The notes: a model not told the origin generated them from the sequence alone. Counted from the stretch's first letter, positions 1-9,704 are shown. The stretch: 64,000 nt of DNA from Nannocystales bacterium (GCA_050633305.1 JBOEGF010000024.1:256001-320000), one strand, 5' to 3'. Numbers and translations: made by a program.

Positions 1-425
1 GCGAAGCGGACCCCACCCGCGTGTTCGACGATGCCCGTCGGCTTGATGTCGAGCAGGGCGCGTCCGTCTTGCAGGCTCGACGCCGCCCAGGTGGCTGCGT
101 CGTAGCTTTGGTCGAGGTCGTCGGGATCCAGGACGAAACCGCTTCGTGCCGCGCTTCCCTCGGCTCGGTGGCACATCAAGCACTGGGGCTGCAGGACGTT
201 GGGCCACAACACGGCCTCAAAGTGGGCGGAAGGGTCGCAAGTTCCCTCCCACGACTCTCCAGTCAAGTCGCCGGAGGCATCGGCTTCGGAGGTCTGGGGG
301 GTGCTGTCCCCTGCGGCGGCTGTCGTGGAGGTGGGATCGGTGTCGCCAGGTGCAGTTGCCGATCCGGCGTAACACGCGGTCAACAGCAGCGCTCCGATCG
401 CGCCCGGTGCTCTGAAATCCGGCAT
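1..425 (-). CDS. Partial lipoprotein with a CxxCH c-type heme motif; runs off the window's left edge
   Basis: Manual translation from ATG at 425: MPDFRAPGAIGALLLTAC (lipobox), Thr/Asp linker, then WPNVLQPQCLMCH...LLDIKPTGIVEHAGG. The frame is open to base 3. Absent from the ORF track because the stop lies outside the window. Confidence 0.7.
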   Translation of the reverse strand, partial: MPDFRAPGAIGALLLTACYAGSATAPGDTDPTSTTAAAGDSTPQTSEADASGDLTGESWEGTCDPSAHFEAVLWPNVLQPQCLMCHRAEGSAARSGFVLDPDDLDQSYDAATWAASSLQDGRALLDIKPTGIVEHAGGVRF

Positions 426-510
426 CGACCAACCACGACTGACAATCGGCGGTCCGGTTCACCTGTTTTTCCCGGGAGCCCGCCGAAGCTGCGGTTGTAT
501 GGTGTTGGCG

Positions 511-1833
511 ATGGAGCGGGTCCTGGTGGTCATGAGCCTGGTGGTGGGTTCTGGGTGCGTGCTGAATCCCGCGTTCGACCCGATCGAGACCGATGGGGGG
601 ACCGGCGCGGCTGAGACCGAGGCTGACGCGCCGGGATCGAGCGGTGAGCCGCCGGGCGATGTTCCCGGGTGTGGCGCGTTGGGTCCGGTCCCTGCAGATG
701 CTCGCGTCGTCGGCCCCGACGAAGCGCCGGTGCTTGCAAACATCCTCAGCGAGGTGACCCCGGGACAAACGATTGCGCTCGAGCCCGGACGGTACCCGCT
801 CGAGAGCATCCTGAACCTCGAGGTCGACGGCGTCACGCTACGGTCGACGACCGGGGAGGCGGCCGATGTCGTGCTGGCCCCGGCGGCGACCCTCATCGCT
901 GGGCTTGTCATCAATGCTTCCGAGGTCACGGTGGCTGAGCTGACGTTCGAGGGAGGCGGAGGCTCGCAGCTGGTGGTGTCCGGGAGCACCCGACCAGCCG
1001 ACGATGTCGTGGCATACCGCCTGCGCTTTCTCGACCCGGTCGGTTCTGCCATCCGGACGAATACCGGGCTGGAGGGAACCAGTGCCGACCGAGGCCTGCT
1101 CGCATGCAGTGAGCTGCGCTTCACCGACGCCGCACGCGACGCTCGGGCCGAGGACTGTTCGGCCGGCGGCATCTCCGGATTCGGCGTTTGGGACTGGACC
1201 GTGCGAGACAACCTGTTTGAGGGGTTTTGGTGTCCGAGCGGCTACGCGGGCGTTGCGGTGGCGTTTTCAGAGGGGTCCGCGAGGACGCTCGTGGAGCGCA
1301 ACGTGATCCGTGAGTCCGTACAGGGGGTGGTCCTGGGTCTCAACGAGACGTTCGAGCCCAAACGCCCCACGCCCGCCTGCGGTTCGGGCGTGTACTTCGA
1401 CCATGTCGGCGGGGTCGTCCGAAACAACGCGATCGTTTCGGTCTCCGAAGGCATGGCGGCTTCGCAGTTCGGTCTCGACACCGGGCTGGGCCTGTGGAAC
1501 GTGTGCGACACGAAGGCGGTGCACAACACCGTGCTCACCGCGGTGCCTGCGTTCTCTTCGATCGAATACCGGTTCCCCAATACTCGGGCCACCGTCGCGA
1601 ACAACCTGGTCACACATCCGATCTTCGATCGGGACGATGCTGGTGTGCCGAGTGCCGGGAACCTGGAGGTCGACCTTTCGGTCTTCGTTTCACCGCTCGA
1701 AGGGGACTTCCATCTGCGCGCTGGCAGTGCGGCGGTCGACGCCGGAGCGCAACTTGGCGCAGAGGCCGTGACCCATGACATCGACGGCGACGTTCGGGAC
1801 GAAGCTCCGGACGTCGGCGCCGATGAGTTGTGA
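511..1833 (+). CDS. Lipoprotein with right-handed parallel beta-helix repeats
   Basis: Signal ending VGSGC; repeated xxxNN/RDNLF/ERNVI beta-helix turns; C-terminal GDFHLRAGSAAVDAG...DIDGDVR...PDVGADE tail typical of such proteins. Start could be 499 or 511. Confidence 0.7.
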   Translation: MERVLVVMSLVVGSGCVLNPAFDPIETDGGTGAAETEADAPGSSGEPPGDVPGCGALGPVPADARVVGPDEAPVLANILSEVTPGQTIALEPGRYPLESILNLEVDGVTLRSTTGEAADVVLAPAATLIAGLVINASEVTVAELTFEGGGGSQLVVSGSTRPADDVVAYRLRFLDPVGSAIRTNTGLEGTSADRGLLACSELRFTDAARDARAEDCSAGGISGFGVWDWTVRDNLFEGFWCPSGYAGVAVAFSEGSARTLVERNVIRESVQGVVLGLNETFEPKRPTPACGSGVYFDHVGGVVRNNAIVSVSEGMAASQFGLDTGLGLWNVCDTKAVHNTVLTAVPAFSSIEYRFPNTRATVANNLVTHPIFDRDDAGVPSAGNLEVDLSVFVSPLEGDFHLRAGSAAVDAGAQLGAEAVTHDIDGDVRDEAPDVGADEL

Positions 1834-1867
1834 GCGTCGCTGTGGGAGTGGGGGGCCGGAGCGGGAC

Positions 1868-2563
1868 TCAGCGCCGCTTGGCGCGTTCGCGAGGCTCGGC
1901 TGAACTCTCGCGACGTGCGGCCTGGGTCGCGAGGCGGTCGGCCTCTTCGTTCCCCGGGTGGCCGGCGTGCCCCTTGATCTTCAGGAGTTCCAGCTTGGGC
2001 ATCCGGGTCATCTGCTCTTTGATCGCGTTGATGATCTCGAGGTTGGCCTTGGCCTTCCATCCGCCGATCAACACGCCAAGGCTCCATCCGCTGTCGGTGT
2101 ACAGATGGATGTTCGTCTCCTGCTCTGCCTCGGTGATCTTCTCCAGCGCGCGGAGGATCGCGGTCAGCTCGGCGATGTTGTTGGTGCCGCTGCCGATGTA
2201 CTCGCTGAGCTCGAGCGTCGATTCGGGCCGCTGGATGAACACGCCGACACCCGCGGGCCCTGGGTTCCCCGAGCACGCGCCGTCCGTATAGATGATGATC
2301 GTGTTCTCGTCGGGCGGCGTCTTGGGCTTCTCCTGAAGCGCGGCTTTGCTCGTTGCCGCGGCAGCGGAGCTGCCTCCCATCGCTTCATCGGTCACCACCT
2401 CGCCGCCCGTGTCCGTGATGTTCTCTGGCGCAGCCTTGTAGGACTTCGATGCGCCGAGCCGGTAGCGAAGCTCCACCCGCCCGCGATGCACGATCGGTTT
2501 CCCGGCCGGGAGAACGCGCACGTAGACTTCCTCACCTTTGAATTCGTACTTTTTCCAGGGCAT
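1868..2563 (-). CDS. rnhA: Ribonuclease HI with an N-terminal extra domain
   Basis: IYTDGACSGNPGPAG, TNNIAEL, LYTDS and KGHAGHPGNEEADRLA are RNase HI motifs. Likely start at MPWKKY. Confidence 0.92.
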   Translation of the reverse strand: MPWKKYEFKGEEVYVRVLPAGKPIVHRGRVELRYRLGASKSYKAAPENITDTGGEVVTDEAMGGSSAAAATSKAALQEKPKTPPDENTIIIYTDGACSGNPGPAGVGVFIQRPESTLELSEYIGSGTNNIAELTAILRALEKITEAEQETNIHLYTDSGWSLGVLIGGWKAKANLEIINAIKEQMTRMPKLELLKIKGHAGHPGNEEADRLATQAARRESSAEPRERAKRR

Positions 2564-2754
2564 GGGGGCGCGCAAGCGTACAGATCGGTGACCGATCGGG
2601 CCAGCAGCGATGCCTTTCTCGTGCCGGCTGTGCAACCGGGGCTGAACGGACACGTCTCACCTTGATCGACCGGTTCCAATAACCCCCAATCGGCCTAAAA
2701 CCCCCGATCTTTGTTGTTGCAGACGGTTTAGGGAGCGACTAAGAACCCCGGGTG

Positions 2755-3681
2755 ATGAACCGGACGCTCGCCACCACGACTTGCGCTGCTGCCTTCCTGA
2801 CTCTCACCGCCTGCAAGGGCGGCGGAGCGGCGGGAGATGCTGCCAAGCTCATCCCCGATGCAGCCACCGTTGTCGGCGGAGCGAACATCCAGGCCATGAT
2901 GAAGAGCCCGCTGTACGAGGGCAACAAAGAGATGCTCGAGAAGGGCGACCAGAAAGAGGCGATGGAAGCCGCGAAGGCTTGCAACCTCGGTCCCGACACG
3001 TGGCAGTCCGTCGTGTTCGGCGTCGACCCTGAAGGTGGAGACGCCAAGATGGCCGTCGTTCTCGTGGCGACCGGCCTGGGCAAGAAGGAGAACCTCGAGT
3101 GCATCTCCGGCAAGATGAAAGAGAAGAACGACGGCAAGGAGCCGTGGACCATGGAAGAGAAGGACGGAAAGCTCGTCCTCAACATGGACGACGGTGAGGC
3201 CACCGGTTACGTCGTCAACGAGAACACCCTCGCCGTCGCGGGCAAGGACTGGGCCGGCGCGGTCAAGGAGCTGGTCGACGGCAAGGGCAAGCCCGCCATC
3301 GAGAACAGCCTCAAGGACGTCGTGGGCCGTACCGACATGTCGAAAGCTGTCTGGGCCGCCGGCGTCATCCCGGCATCCATGGCTGCAGGCCCCGCCGACG
3401 GCATGAAGGACGGCGCGATGTGGATCGACATGTCCTCCGGCCTCGAGCTCATGGGCTCGGTTGGCGTGAAGGACGCCGACACCGCTACCGCCAAGGCGAA
3501 AGAGCTGTCCGAGCAGTACGACAAGATGAAGGGTATGGCGGGCGGATTCGGCGTCCCCGCTGGTGTCACCGACAGCGTCAAGATCGAAGCCAAGGACGCT
3601 GCGATCAACGTCTCCGCCAAGGCCAGCAAAGAGGACCTCGAGAAGATCAACGAGGCCGTCAAGAAGCAGATGGGCGGCTGA
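2755..3681 (+). CDS. Hypothetical lipoprotein
   Basis: Lipobox LTAC; strong GC3 codon bias; Lys/Glu-rich alpha/beta protein with one Cys pair. Confidence 0.75.
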   Translation: MNRTLATTTCAAAFLTLTACKGGGAAGDAAKLIPDAATVVGGANIQAMMKSPLYEGNKEMLEKGDQKEAMEAAKACNLGPDTWQSVVFGVDPEGGDAKMAVVLVATGLGKKENLECISGKMKEKNDGKEPWTMEEKDGKLVLNMDDGEATGYVVNENTLAVAGKDWAGAVKELVDGKGKPAIENSLKDVVGRTDMSKAVWAAGVIPASMAAGPADGMKDGAMWIDMSSGLELMGSVGVKDADTATAKAKELSEQYDKMKGMAGGFGVPAGVTDSVKIEAKDAAINVSAKASKEDLEKINEAVKKQMGG

Positions 3682-3824
3682 GATAGCTCACACGGTCTGC
3701 GTTTGCAGCCGGCTGGGAATTCCAGCAACCTTCGCGCCCCGGTCCATTCGGCCGGGGCGTTCGCGTGGGGCTTCGCTCCGCGCCCTTGTAGCCGCTGTTG
3801 GCGGTGAACATCGAGGACAAACCA

Positions 3825-4199
3825 ATGCGAAAAACACCTCTTCAGATCGTCAAGGAGCAGCACGGCTCCAAAGCGGACCTCATCAACAAGCTCGCTGGAC
3901 TCATCGAGTCCGAGGAAGGCGAGTCGGACGACGACCACAAGCGTCGCCTCCGGAACGTCTCCAACGCCAAGCTGTTGCACCTGCTCGACATCGGTGAGCG
4001 GGCCAAGGAAGCTGGAGGCCGCGACGGTCTCGTGGCCAAAGTGCTGGAGCTCAAAGGCCAGTCCAAGGACCACGAGTACGGCGATGCGCTCAAGCGCAAA
4101 GCCCTCGGCGAGCTCCTCGACCTGCACGCCAGCATCAAGCACCGCGTGGACGGCAAGGCCGCCAAGAAGCCCAAGCACCTGCGCACGCGCAAGAACTAG
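3825..4199 (+). CDS. Small basic helical hypothetical protein
   Basis: GAGGA Shine-Dalgarno at ~3813 before the ATG at 3825; strong codon bias; terminator follows. Confidence 0.75.
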   Translation: MRKTPLQIVKEQHGSKADLINKLAGLIESEEGESDDDHKRRLRNVSNAKLLHLLDIGERAKEAGGRDGLVAKVLELKGQSKDHEYGDALKRKALGELLDLHASIKHRVDGKAAKKPKHLRTRKN

Positions 4200-4251
4200 G
4201 CGAGCTCAGAGCACGGTCCAGGGCGTTCCGCTCGGACCACCGCTCGAGAAG

Positions 4252-4288
4252 AAGGAGTCGGGGCGCAGTGCCCTGGCTCCTTTTTTTT
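4252..4288 (+). terminator. Intrinsic terminator
   Basis: GGAGTCGGGGC-loop-GCCCTGGCTCC followed by T8. Confidence 0.85.
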
Positions 4289-4329
4289 GCGCCTGTCGAT
4301 CCAGGTCAGCTGGGGTGCCGTACCCCTGG

Positions 4330-4921
4330 CGTGTCGCACTTCACGCCAGCCTCCCTCCGCCGCGCTGCCGGCCACGACATGTTCTACAGCATCGTCGCGG
4401 AGCTCGACCCGACCAACGCGGTCGCCTGGTTGGAGATGGTGTCGGTGCAGGCCGACTTCGGTGCTGGGGAGGCCGACTACGACCAGCCCACGCGGACCTA
4501 CAGCGAGTCGATGCGTCTGACGCTGCACTACTCGTTGATCCTGACGTTCGAATCGACCGCTCTGCTGCGCGAGGCGACCCGATCCTCGGGTGGGCTGTAT
4601 GGCTACTTCATTCGTTTGCACCCGACCGCATTCAAGGCCAACGGCGCGTGCACGATGAACCCCCGTGGCATGGCTGAGGTCATGTTCAACACCCGCAGCT
4701 CGATGATGAGTGCGCAGAACATCGGCTGGATCATGCAGGGGCTCTCGCAGCGTTACAACATCGCGGTTAGGGCGGCCACCTACGTCCGGAACCAACGCCG
4801 CAGCAAGAAGCTTCCGGTCACTGTGGATGGGTACCGGGAACCTCAGCGCGTGGGCTCCCTCGAGCGGCTGATGTCTCGTCACCGCCGCGGTCGGGGGACG
4901 CACAACGCCATGGCCCACTAA
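4330..4921 (+). CDS. Hypothetical protein
   Basis: Coding-like composition and codon use between two terminators. Start uncertain (GTG 4330 or ATG 4379). Confidence 0.6.
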
Positions 4922-4922
4922 C

Positions 4923-4958
4923 GAAAAGAGCCGAGGCTGGTGGGCCTCGGCTCTTTCT
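4923..4958. terminator. Bidirectional intrinsic terminator
   Basis: GAAAAGAGCCGAGGC-loop-GCCTCGGCTCTTTC between convergent genes. Confidence 0.8.
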
Positions 4959-4984
4959 AGGGGCGGATACGGCGGGGAGGTTCG

Positions 4985-7141
4985 CTACTTCCTGATCACG
5001 ACGGGGATCGTCGCGAGGTTGCCCGACGCGTCGCGGACCCGCAGCACCACCCGGTGCGCGCCGGGCCTCAGGTCGTCGGGGAGGTCGAACTCGACGACTT
5101 CCTTCGGGCTGTCGAAGACCCCGTCTTGGGCGCTCGCCGTTCGGAACCGACCCCCATCGACGCTGTACGACGCGTCATGAATGTAGCCGCCCTCGTCGGT
5201 GGCGGTGGCGGTGACCCGCTCTCCCGTCACGGCGGGTGTGGAGACCGAGGGACGCTGCCGGTCGACGACGAAGGGGTCACTGACCAACTCGTCGGTTCGA
5301 GCGGCTGCGCTCCCGTTGGCCGGCTCATCACTTGCCCGGACACCGACCTCGTAGACGCCGTCCGGAACCGTCGCCAGGTCGAGGCTCACCTCGAGTCCGG
5401 TCACAGGTTCGCCGTTCTTGGTCACTGCGATCCACTCGCCGCTGGAGCCTCCCTCCGGGCGGATACGGACGTCGTACAGCAGGTCGTCGTCGTCTCGCGA
5501 GTCGACCTTCCACTTGATCTTCACCGACGTGCTGGGCTCGCTCGAGTCCGACTTCTTGAATTTGGGCTCGCCAATCGAGACCTGGGTGAGCAGCGGGGCG
5601 AGGTTCTCGGGGGCGTAGAACGCCTCAAGCGAGCGCAAGGTCGAGTCGGCCGTGTTCAGGCCCACTTCGAACTCCACGTACCGACGCTTCGCCAGTTTCG
5701 CCAGGCTACCGCGCCGACCGTCCTTGCCAGAGGACAAGGTGATGTCGACCCAGTCGCTCCATCGATCGTCGGGCTTGTCGGTGGGCCCCACGCGGGCGCG
5801 TAGGCTGATCTTGCCTGACCCACGCAGGAGGACCGCGCCCCACTTCGAAGGGTGGATCGCGTCGTGAACCTTGGGTCGATACTTCGCCTGCGACGCGCTC
5901 GCAGCTCGCAGCTGGTAGACGGCAGCGCCGTGGGCCGTCGCGGCGAAGGCGGGGCCCTTGGGGAGCTGGCACAGCGCCGTGGTTTGGCGCTCGTCGAAGT
6001 CCGCGACCGTGGCAGCCGACCGAGGACCGGAGACCCGGTAGACCTTGCCACTGTGCGAGGTGCCGACCATCACCGACTCGCCTTGGGACAGTAGGGACGT
6101 GAAGTATTGGTCCGAGCGGTCGAGCCACTGCTCCCATGGCGCTTCGGTGGAACGCGACACATCGAGCTTGGAACCGAGGTCGACCGCATGAAGCTCGCCG
6201 TGGGCCGAGGGGGGGCGCTCGTTGCCCGCGCTCCCGCTTGGGGGTGTTCCGGTGAGACTGGTCCGCTGAAGCGTCTTGCTTAGCGCATCCAGGCTGCCGA
6301 GCTTCCGGTCCTCGAACGTGTTGATCGCGACGACGAGCTTTGTGCCGACCACGGCCAGCGCCCGGACTTCGTCGCCGGAGAAGCTGTGCAGCAGCTCGCC
6401 CTCGACGTCATCGGTGACGCGATAGAGATTGGCCTGCGGTGAGACGCCGACGAGCAGGTCGTCACCCACGGGAAGGATGCTGAGGATGTCCTTCTCCTTG
6501 GCGTCGAAGACGACCTTGGGGCTCTTGCCGTCGAGCGACATCGAGTACAGCTCGCCCTTGGGGCCGGTCGCAGCGTAGAGCTTGCCTTTGTGGACCAGCA
6601 GACCCCAGATCTGCTCAACAGGCAGGGTCGCAAAGTCGGAGACTTTCCCCTTCTTGCTGACCTTGACCAGCTTCCCACCTGGAACGGTCGCAGCGATGAC
6701 GCTTCCGCCGCCCACGTTCACCATGGCGCTCACGAGAACGCCGTCGAGCGAGGCCACCTGCTCGACCTTGAGCGTCGCCTCCGGGGTGACGGTTTGGCCC
6801 TTCTTCCCACGCTTGGACGGCTTGGTTTTCTTTCCTGCCTTCTTCGAGAGGTTGGGGTAGACGCGCAAGATCGATGCCTCGTCGGCGGTGCCGATGAGGA
6901 CCGACTTTCCGTCGGCGACGCAGGAGAACGCGGTGGTCTGCTTGACCTCACCACGCTGCGGCAGGTAGCCGACGGTGACGGTCCCGTCGGACTCGATGGC
7001 CGCGCCCTGGGTCTCGCCGCGGTCGAGCGATGCGTAGTCGGAGACTTTGAGGGTGCGCGTGCCTCCGGCCAACGCCGAAGTCGGCATGGCCCAAGCGGCG
7101 GTCAGCGAGCACAAAAGAAGGGTTCGAAGGGCGCTTGTCAT
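4985..7141 (-). CDS. Secreted beta-propeller protein with C-terminal FN3/Ig-like domains
   Basis: Signal peptide ending ALA; repeated propeller blades (LYAATGPKGELY, LLVGVSPQANLY, MVGTSHSGKVY); C-terminal beta-sandwich (PDGVYEVGVRASD, YSVDGG, GAHRVVLRVRDASGN). 4-bp overlap with the upstream peptidase gene. Confidence 0.7.
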   Translation of the reverse strand: MTSALRTLLLCSLTAAWAMPTSALAGGTRTLKVSDYASLDRGETQGAAIESDGTVTVGYLPQRGEVKQTTAFSCVADGKSVLIGTADEASILRVYPNLSKKAGKKTKPSKRGKKGQTVTPEATLKVEQVASLDGVLVSAMVNVGGGSVIAATVPGGKLVKVSKKGKVSDFATLPVEQIWGLLVHKGKLYAATGPKGELYSMSLDGKSPKVVFDAKEKDILSILPVGDDLLVGVSPQANLYRVTDDVEGELLHSFSGDEVRALAVVGTKLVVAINTFEDRKLGSLDALSKTLQRTSLTGTPPSGSAGNERPPSAHGELHAVDLGSKLDVSRSTEAPWEQWLDRSDQYFTSLLSQGESVMVGTSHSGKVYRVSGPRSAATVADFDERQTTALCQLPKGPAFAATAHGAAVYQLRAASASQAKYRPKVHDAIHPSKWGAVLLRGSGKISLRARVGPTDKPDDRWSDWVDITLSSGKDGRRGSLAKLAKRRYVEFEVGLNTADSTLRSLEAFYAPENLAPLLTQVSIGEPKFKKSDSSEPSTSVKIKWKVDSRDDDDLLYDVRIRPEGGSSGEWIAVTKNGEPVTGLEVSLDLATVPDGVYEVGVRASDEPANGSAAARTDELVSDPFVVDRQRPSVSTPAVTGERVTATATDEGGYIHDASYSVDGGRFRTASAQDGVFDSPKEVVEFDLPDDLRPGAHRVVLRVRDASGNLATIPVVIRK

Positions 7142-9060
7142 CGGAACGACTTGGGAGCCTTGACGTCGAGCTTCAGGCGGTGCGTGCCCACGACGATCGA
7201 CTTCGTGGGGATGACCCGCCGGGACATCTGTTTGAGGCGGAGAGAAGGGCGTGTGGCCCCGCGGTCGAGCATGGTCTCGAGCACGCTGTCGGGGAGGGCA
7301 GGCATCAGGCCTTCTCGTGTCGCGAGGCCTTCGCCTTCCCGGTAGATGGTGGCGACGACCGACCGCGAAGGGTAGGACTGGGTCAGCGTCGTGATGAGGT
7401 CGTCCAGATCGTCGGACAGGGGACGGAGTGGGACGACGAGGTCGCCGGCGGCGAGTTCGACGACGATCTGTTCGCCTGCGGCATCGTCGGGGACCCGAAT
7501 CGGGAAGATCTCCGTGCGTGCGTCGCCGTCGTAGTTGCGGAAGGTGACCTCGACCTCGAGCAGGTCGCCTGCACGCACGGTGCTCTGAACAAACCGGACG
7601 TTCTCGATCTGGTCGACCGGGGCGCCGTATTCCATCGTGATGTCGTGCCGGATGTCTTTGATGGCCGCGACCTCGAAGTCGTTGTCGAGCAGTGCAAGGA
7701 CCGAAAGCACGCTGCGGGTTCGCCCGGCGATGCGGCCGACGAGGCCTCCGGAGAAGAACACCTCTTCGTTGACCTCGAGCTCGTGACGTCCCTTGGACGA
7801 CTCGTACTCGATCTCGGTGTGAAGCTTGAAGACCACCTCGGTCGAGTCCCGACCCGCCTCATCCAGCGCCTCGGCGAGAATCGACGCGACCAAGTTGGGC
7901 GTGAGGTCGACGCCAAAGGACACCCGGTTGTTGTAGGTGCGCGGAGGCAGGTCTGCGTCCGGCCCCTGAATGTTGGTGGTCACCGGGATCATCGGCGCCC
8001 GCTTGTCGGTACGCAGAGCGATGGCCGCCTGGCGGTCTTGGTACATCAGCCCATCGATCGACAGCGGGCTGCTGACCTTCACGGAGCGCTGATAGCTGTT
8101 GATGATGGTGTGCACCCGGGCGTGCCCCATGGGGACGTTGGTGGGCCCGGCATCGAACATCGAGTGTCCGAAAGCCAGCAGCCGATCGCCCTTGGGGTTG
8201 ACCCAGGTGACGGTGCCGTTGCCTGCGACGGAGCTGTCTCCGTCGATCAGGATGACGGAGACCGAGTCGCCGCCCGACCACCCTTTTGACTGGCCTTTGG
8301 TCTCGCCTTTGCCTTTGGTGCCGCCGCTAGGGGCAGCCGAGCCTCGGCCTCCTCCGCGGCCTCCTCCGCGGACAGGGGTCATGCCCAGCGCGTCCCCGAG
8401 CATGCGGCTGGCGTCGGCGCCCAAGCCGGAGATCGACAGGGGGACCGACAGCGGTACCAGCGACTCACTGGCGTCGAGGTCGTCGGCGCGGCGACGGGCG
8501 GGCAGGGGAGAGGTCTCCAGGCCCAACATCGCGTCCGCCCAAGCTCGTGTGCCGCGTCGTCGCTTGCCGCGTGCCTTGCCCCCGGTTTCGGGGTGGGGGA
8601 GTACGTCGGGCCGATACGGCAGGTCGCCGACTTGGTGCATGTTGCTGATCGGCGTCAGCGCCCCAAGAGCGTCCTTGTTGAAGGGCCATCCATAGGAGAG
8701 CGCGCCGACGAGTTTGCCCTCGATGAAGATGGGGCTGCCGCTCATGCCGCCGACGATGGAGCTGTGCACCATGCGGGGGTCGTTCGACTTGAAGAGGACG
8801 GCATCCTGCTTCGGGAGGTAGTTGTGGATCACATCCACAATCTCCACCTCGAACTTGTCGGTGTGCTCGCCCTTGAAGACGGTGACGGCGTGGCCTCGCA
8901 TTCCGGGGCGCACGTCGGAGACCGGCATCGTCTCCACCTTGCGCGCAGCCGTGGCCTCGGGCTGAGCGGCGAAGCCCAACCCCACGGCGAGGCCGGCAGC
9001 GGCAAGGGCCCCCAACGAGGTGAGGCGCAGACGCCTACGAGCGGGGTGGGGTTCGTTCAT
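7138..9060 (-). CDS. SpoIVB-type (S55) serine peptidase domain protein, secreted
   Basis: IVGGMSGSPIFIEGKLVGALSYG motif, a later GTVT...LLAFGH segment, and an N-terminal signal peptide. Confidence 0.85.
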   Translation of the reverse strand: MNEPHPARRRLRLTSLGALAAAGLAVGLGFAAQPEATAARKVETMPVSDVRPGMRGHAVTVFKGEHTDKFEVEIVDVIHNYLPKQDAVLFKSNDPRMVHSSIVGGMSGSPIFIEGKLVGALSYGWPFNKDALGALTPISNMHQVGDLPYRPDVLPHPETGGKARGKRRRGTRAWADAMLGLETSPLPARRRADDLDASESLVPLSVPLSISGLGADASRMLGDALGMTPVRGGGRGGGRGSAAPSGGTKGKGETKGQSKGWSGGDSVSVILIDGDSSVAGNGTVTWVNPKGDRLLAFGHSMFDAGPTNVPMGHARVHTIINSYQRSVKVSSPLSIDGLMYQDRQAAIALRTDKRAPMIPVTTNIQGPDADLPPRTYNNRVSFGVDLTPNLVASILAEALDEAGRDSTEVVFKLHTEIEYESSKGRHELEVNEEVFFSGGLVGRIAGRTRSVLSVLALLDNDFEVAAIKDIRHDITMEYGAPVDQIENVRFVQSTVRAGDLLEVEVTFRNYDGDARTEIFPIRVPDDAAGEQIVVELAAGDLVVPLRPLSDDLDDLITTLTQSYPSRSVVATIYREGEGLATREGLMPALPDSVLETMLDRGATRPSLRLKQMSRRVIPTKSIVVGTHRLKLDVKAPKSFR

Positions 9061-9538
9061 GTCGGGAGAGGGCCTTTCGCATCACACCCGCGAGGTCGTC
9101 CCCGGGTGTGTAGAAGTGTCGATGGCGCTCGCGCGCCTCGTTGGTGAGGGTCAAGTCCTGCACGCCCTGCGGGGAGATGAAGACAACCCGCGGGATGTAC
9201 TCCCCATCGGGTGCATACTTGAGCGCCTCGGGTTGCTCGTCTTGGTCCGCATTGACCATGATGAACCGCTGGGAAAGCGTCTCGATCTCGGAATCCGAGA
9301 AGGCGGGCTTGAGCTCTTTGCATCGCTTACACCAGCTGGCGTGCACGACGAGCATGATGGGCATGCCCTCCGCTTTTGCATGAGCGAGCGCGCCCTCGAG
9401 AGGTTCCCACGGAATGCCCTCACCGAACCCATGCGCGTCTGCTGTGGCAGATCGCGGGGGTCCGACGGGGGCGGGGTCCTCCTTGGAGCACGCCCCGACG
9501 AGGAGGACGCCACACAGGCTGACTGCGAGTCGCAACAC
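9035..9538 (-). CDS. Thioredoxin-fold lipoprotein, ERp18/AGR2-like
   Basis: Lipobox VGAC; HASWCKRC active site; FIMVN and PDGEYIPR motifs. Confidence 0.85.
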   Translation of the reverse strand: MLRLAVSLCGVLLVGACSKEDPAPVGPPRSATADAHGFGEGIPWEPLEGALAHAKAEGMPIMLVVHASWCKRCKELKPAFSDSEIETLSQRFIMVNADQDEQPEALKYAPDGEYIPRVVFISPQGVQDLTLTNEARERHRHFYTPGDDLAGVMRKALSRHERTPPRS

Positions 9539-9676
9539 CGTTCGCGGAAGATATCACGGCAGGAGAGGGGAGCACCGTCTCGCCTGCGCAGTGCCAAACT
9601 GGCCAACCCGTCGCTTGCGTGGCCCGCTGGTGGGACGGGCGCCGTGCGGTCGGTCCCAGATTTCAGCACTCCGGGG

Positions 9677-9692
9677 TGGCACGGGCGTTGAA
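9677..9692 (+). promoter_or_regulatory. Putative sigma54-type -24/-12 element upstream of radC
   Basis: TGGCACGGGCGTTGAA against consensus TGGCACG-N4-TTGCW (one mismatch, at the -12 C). Confidence 0.5.
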
Positions 9693-9704
9693 ACAAGGCC
9701 GGCC

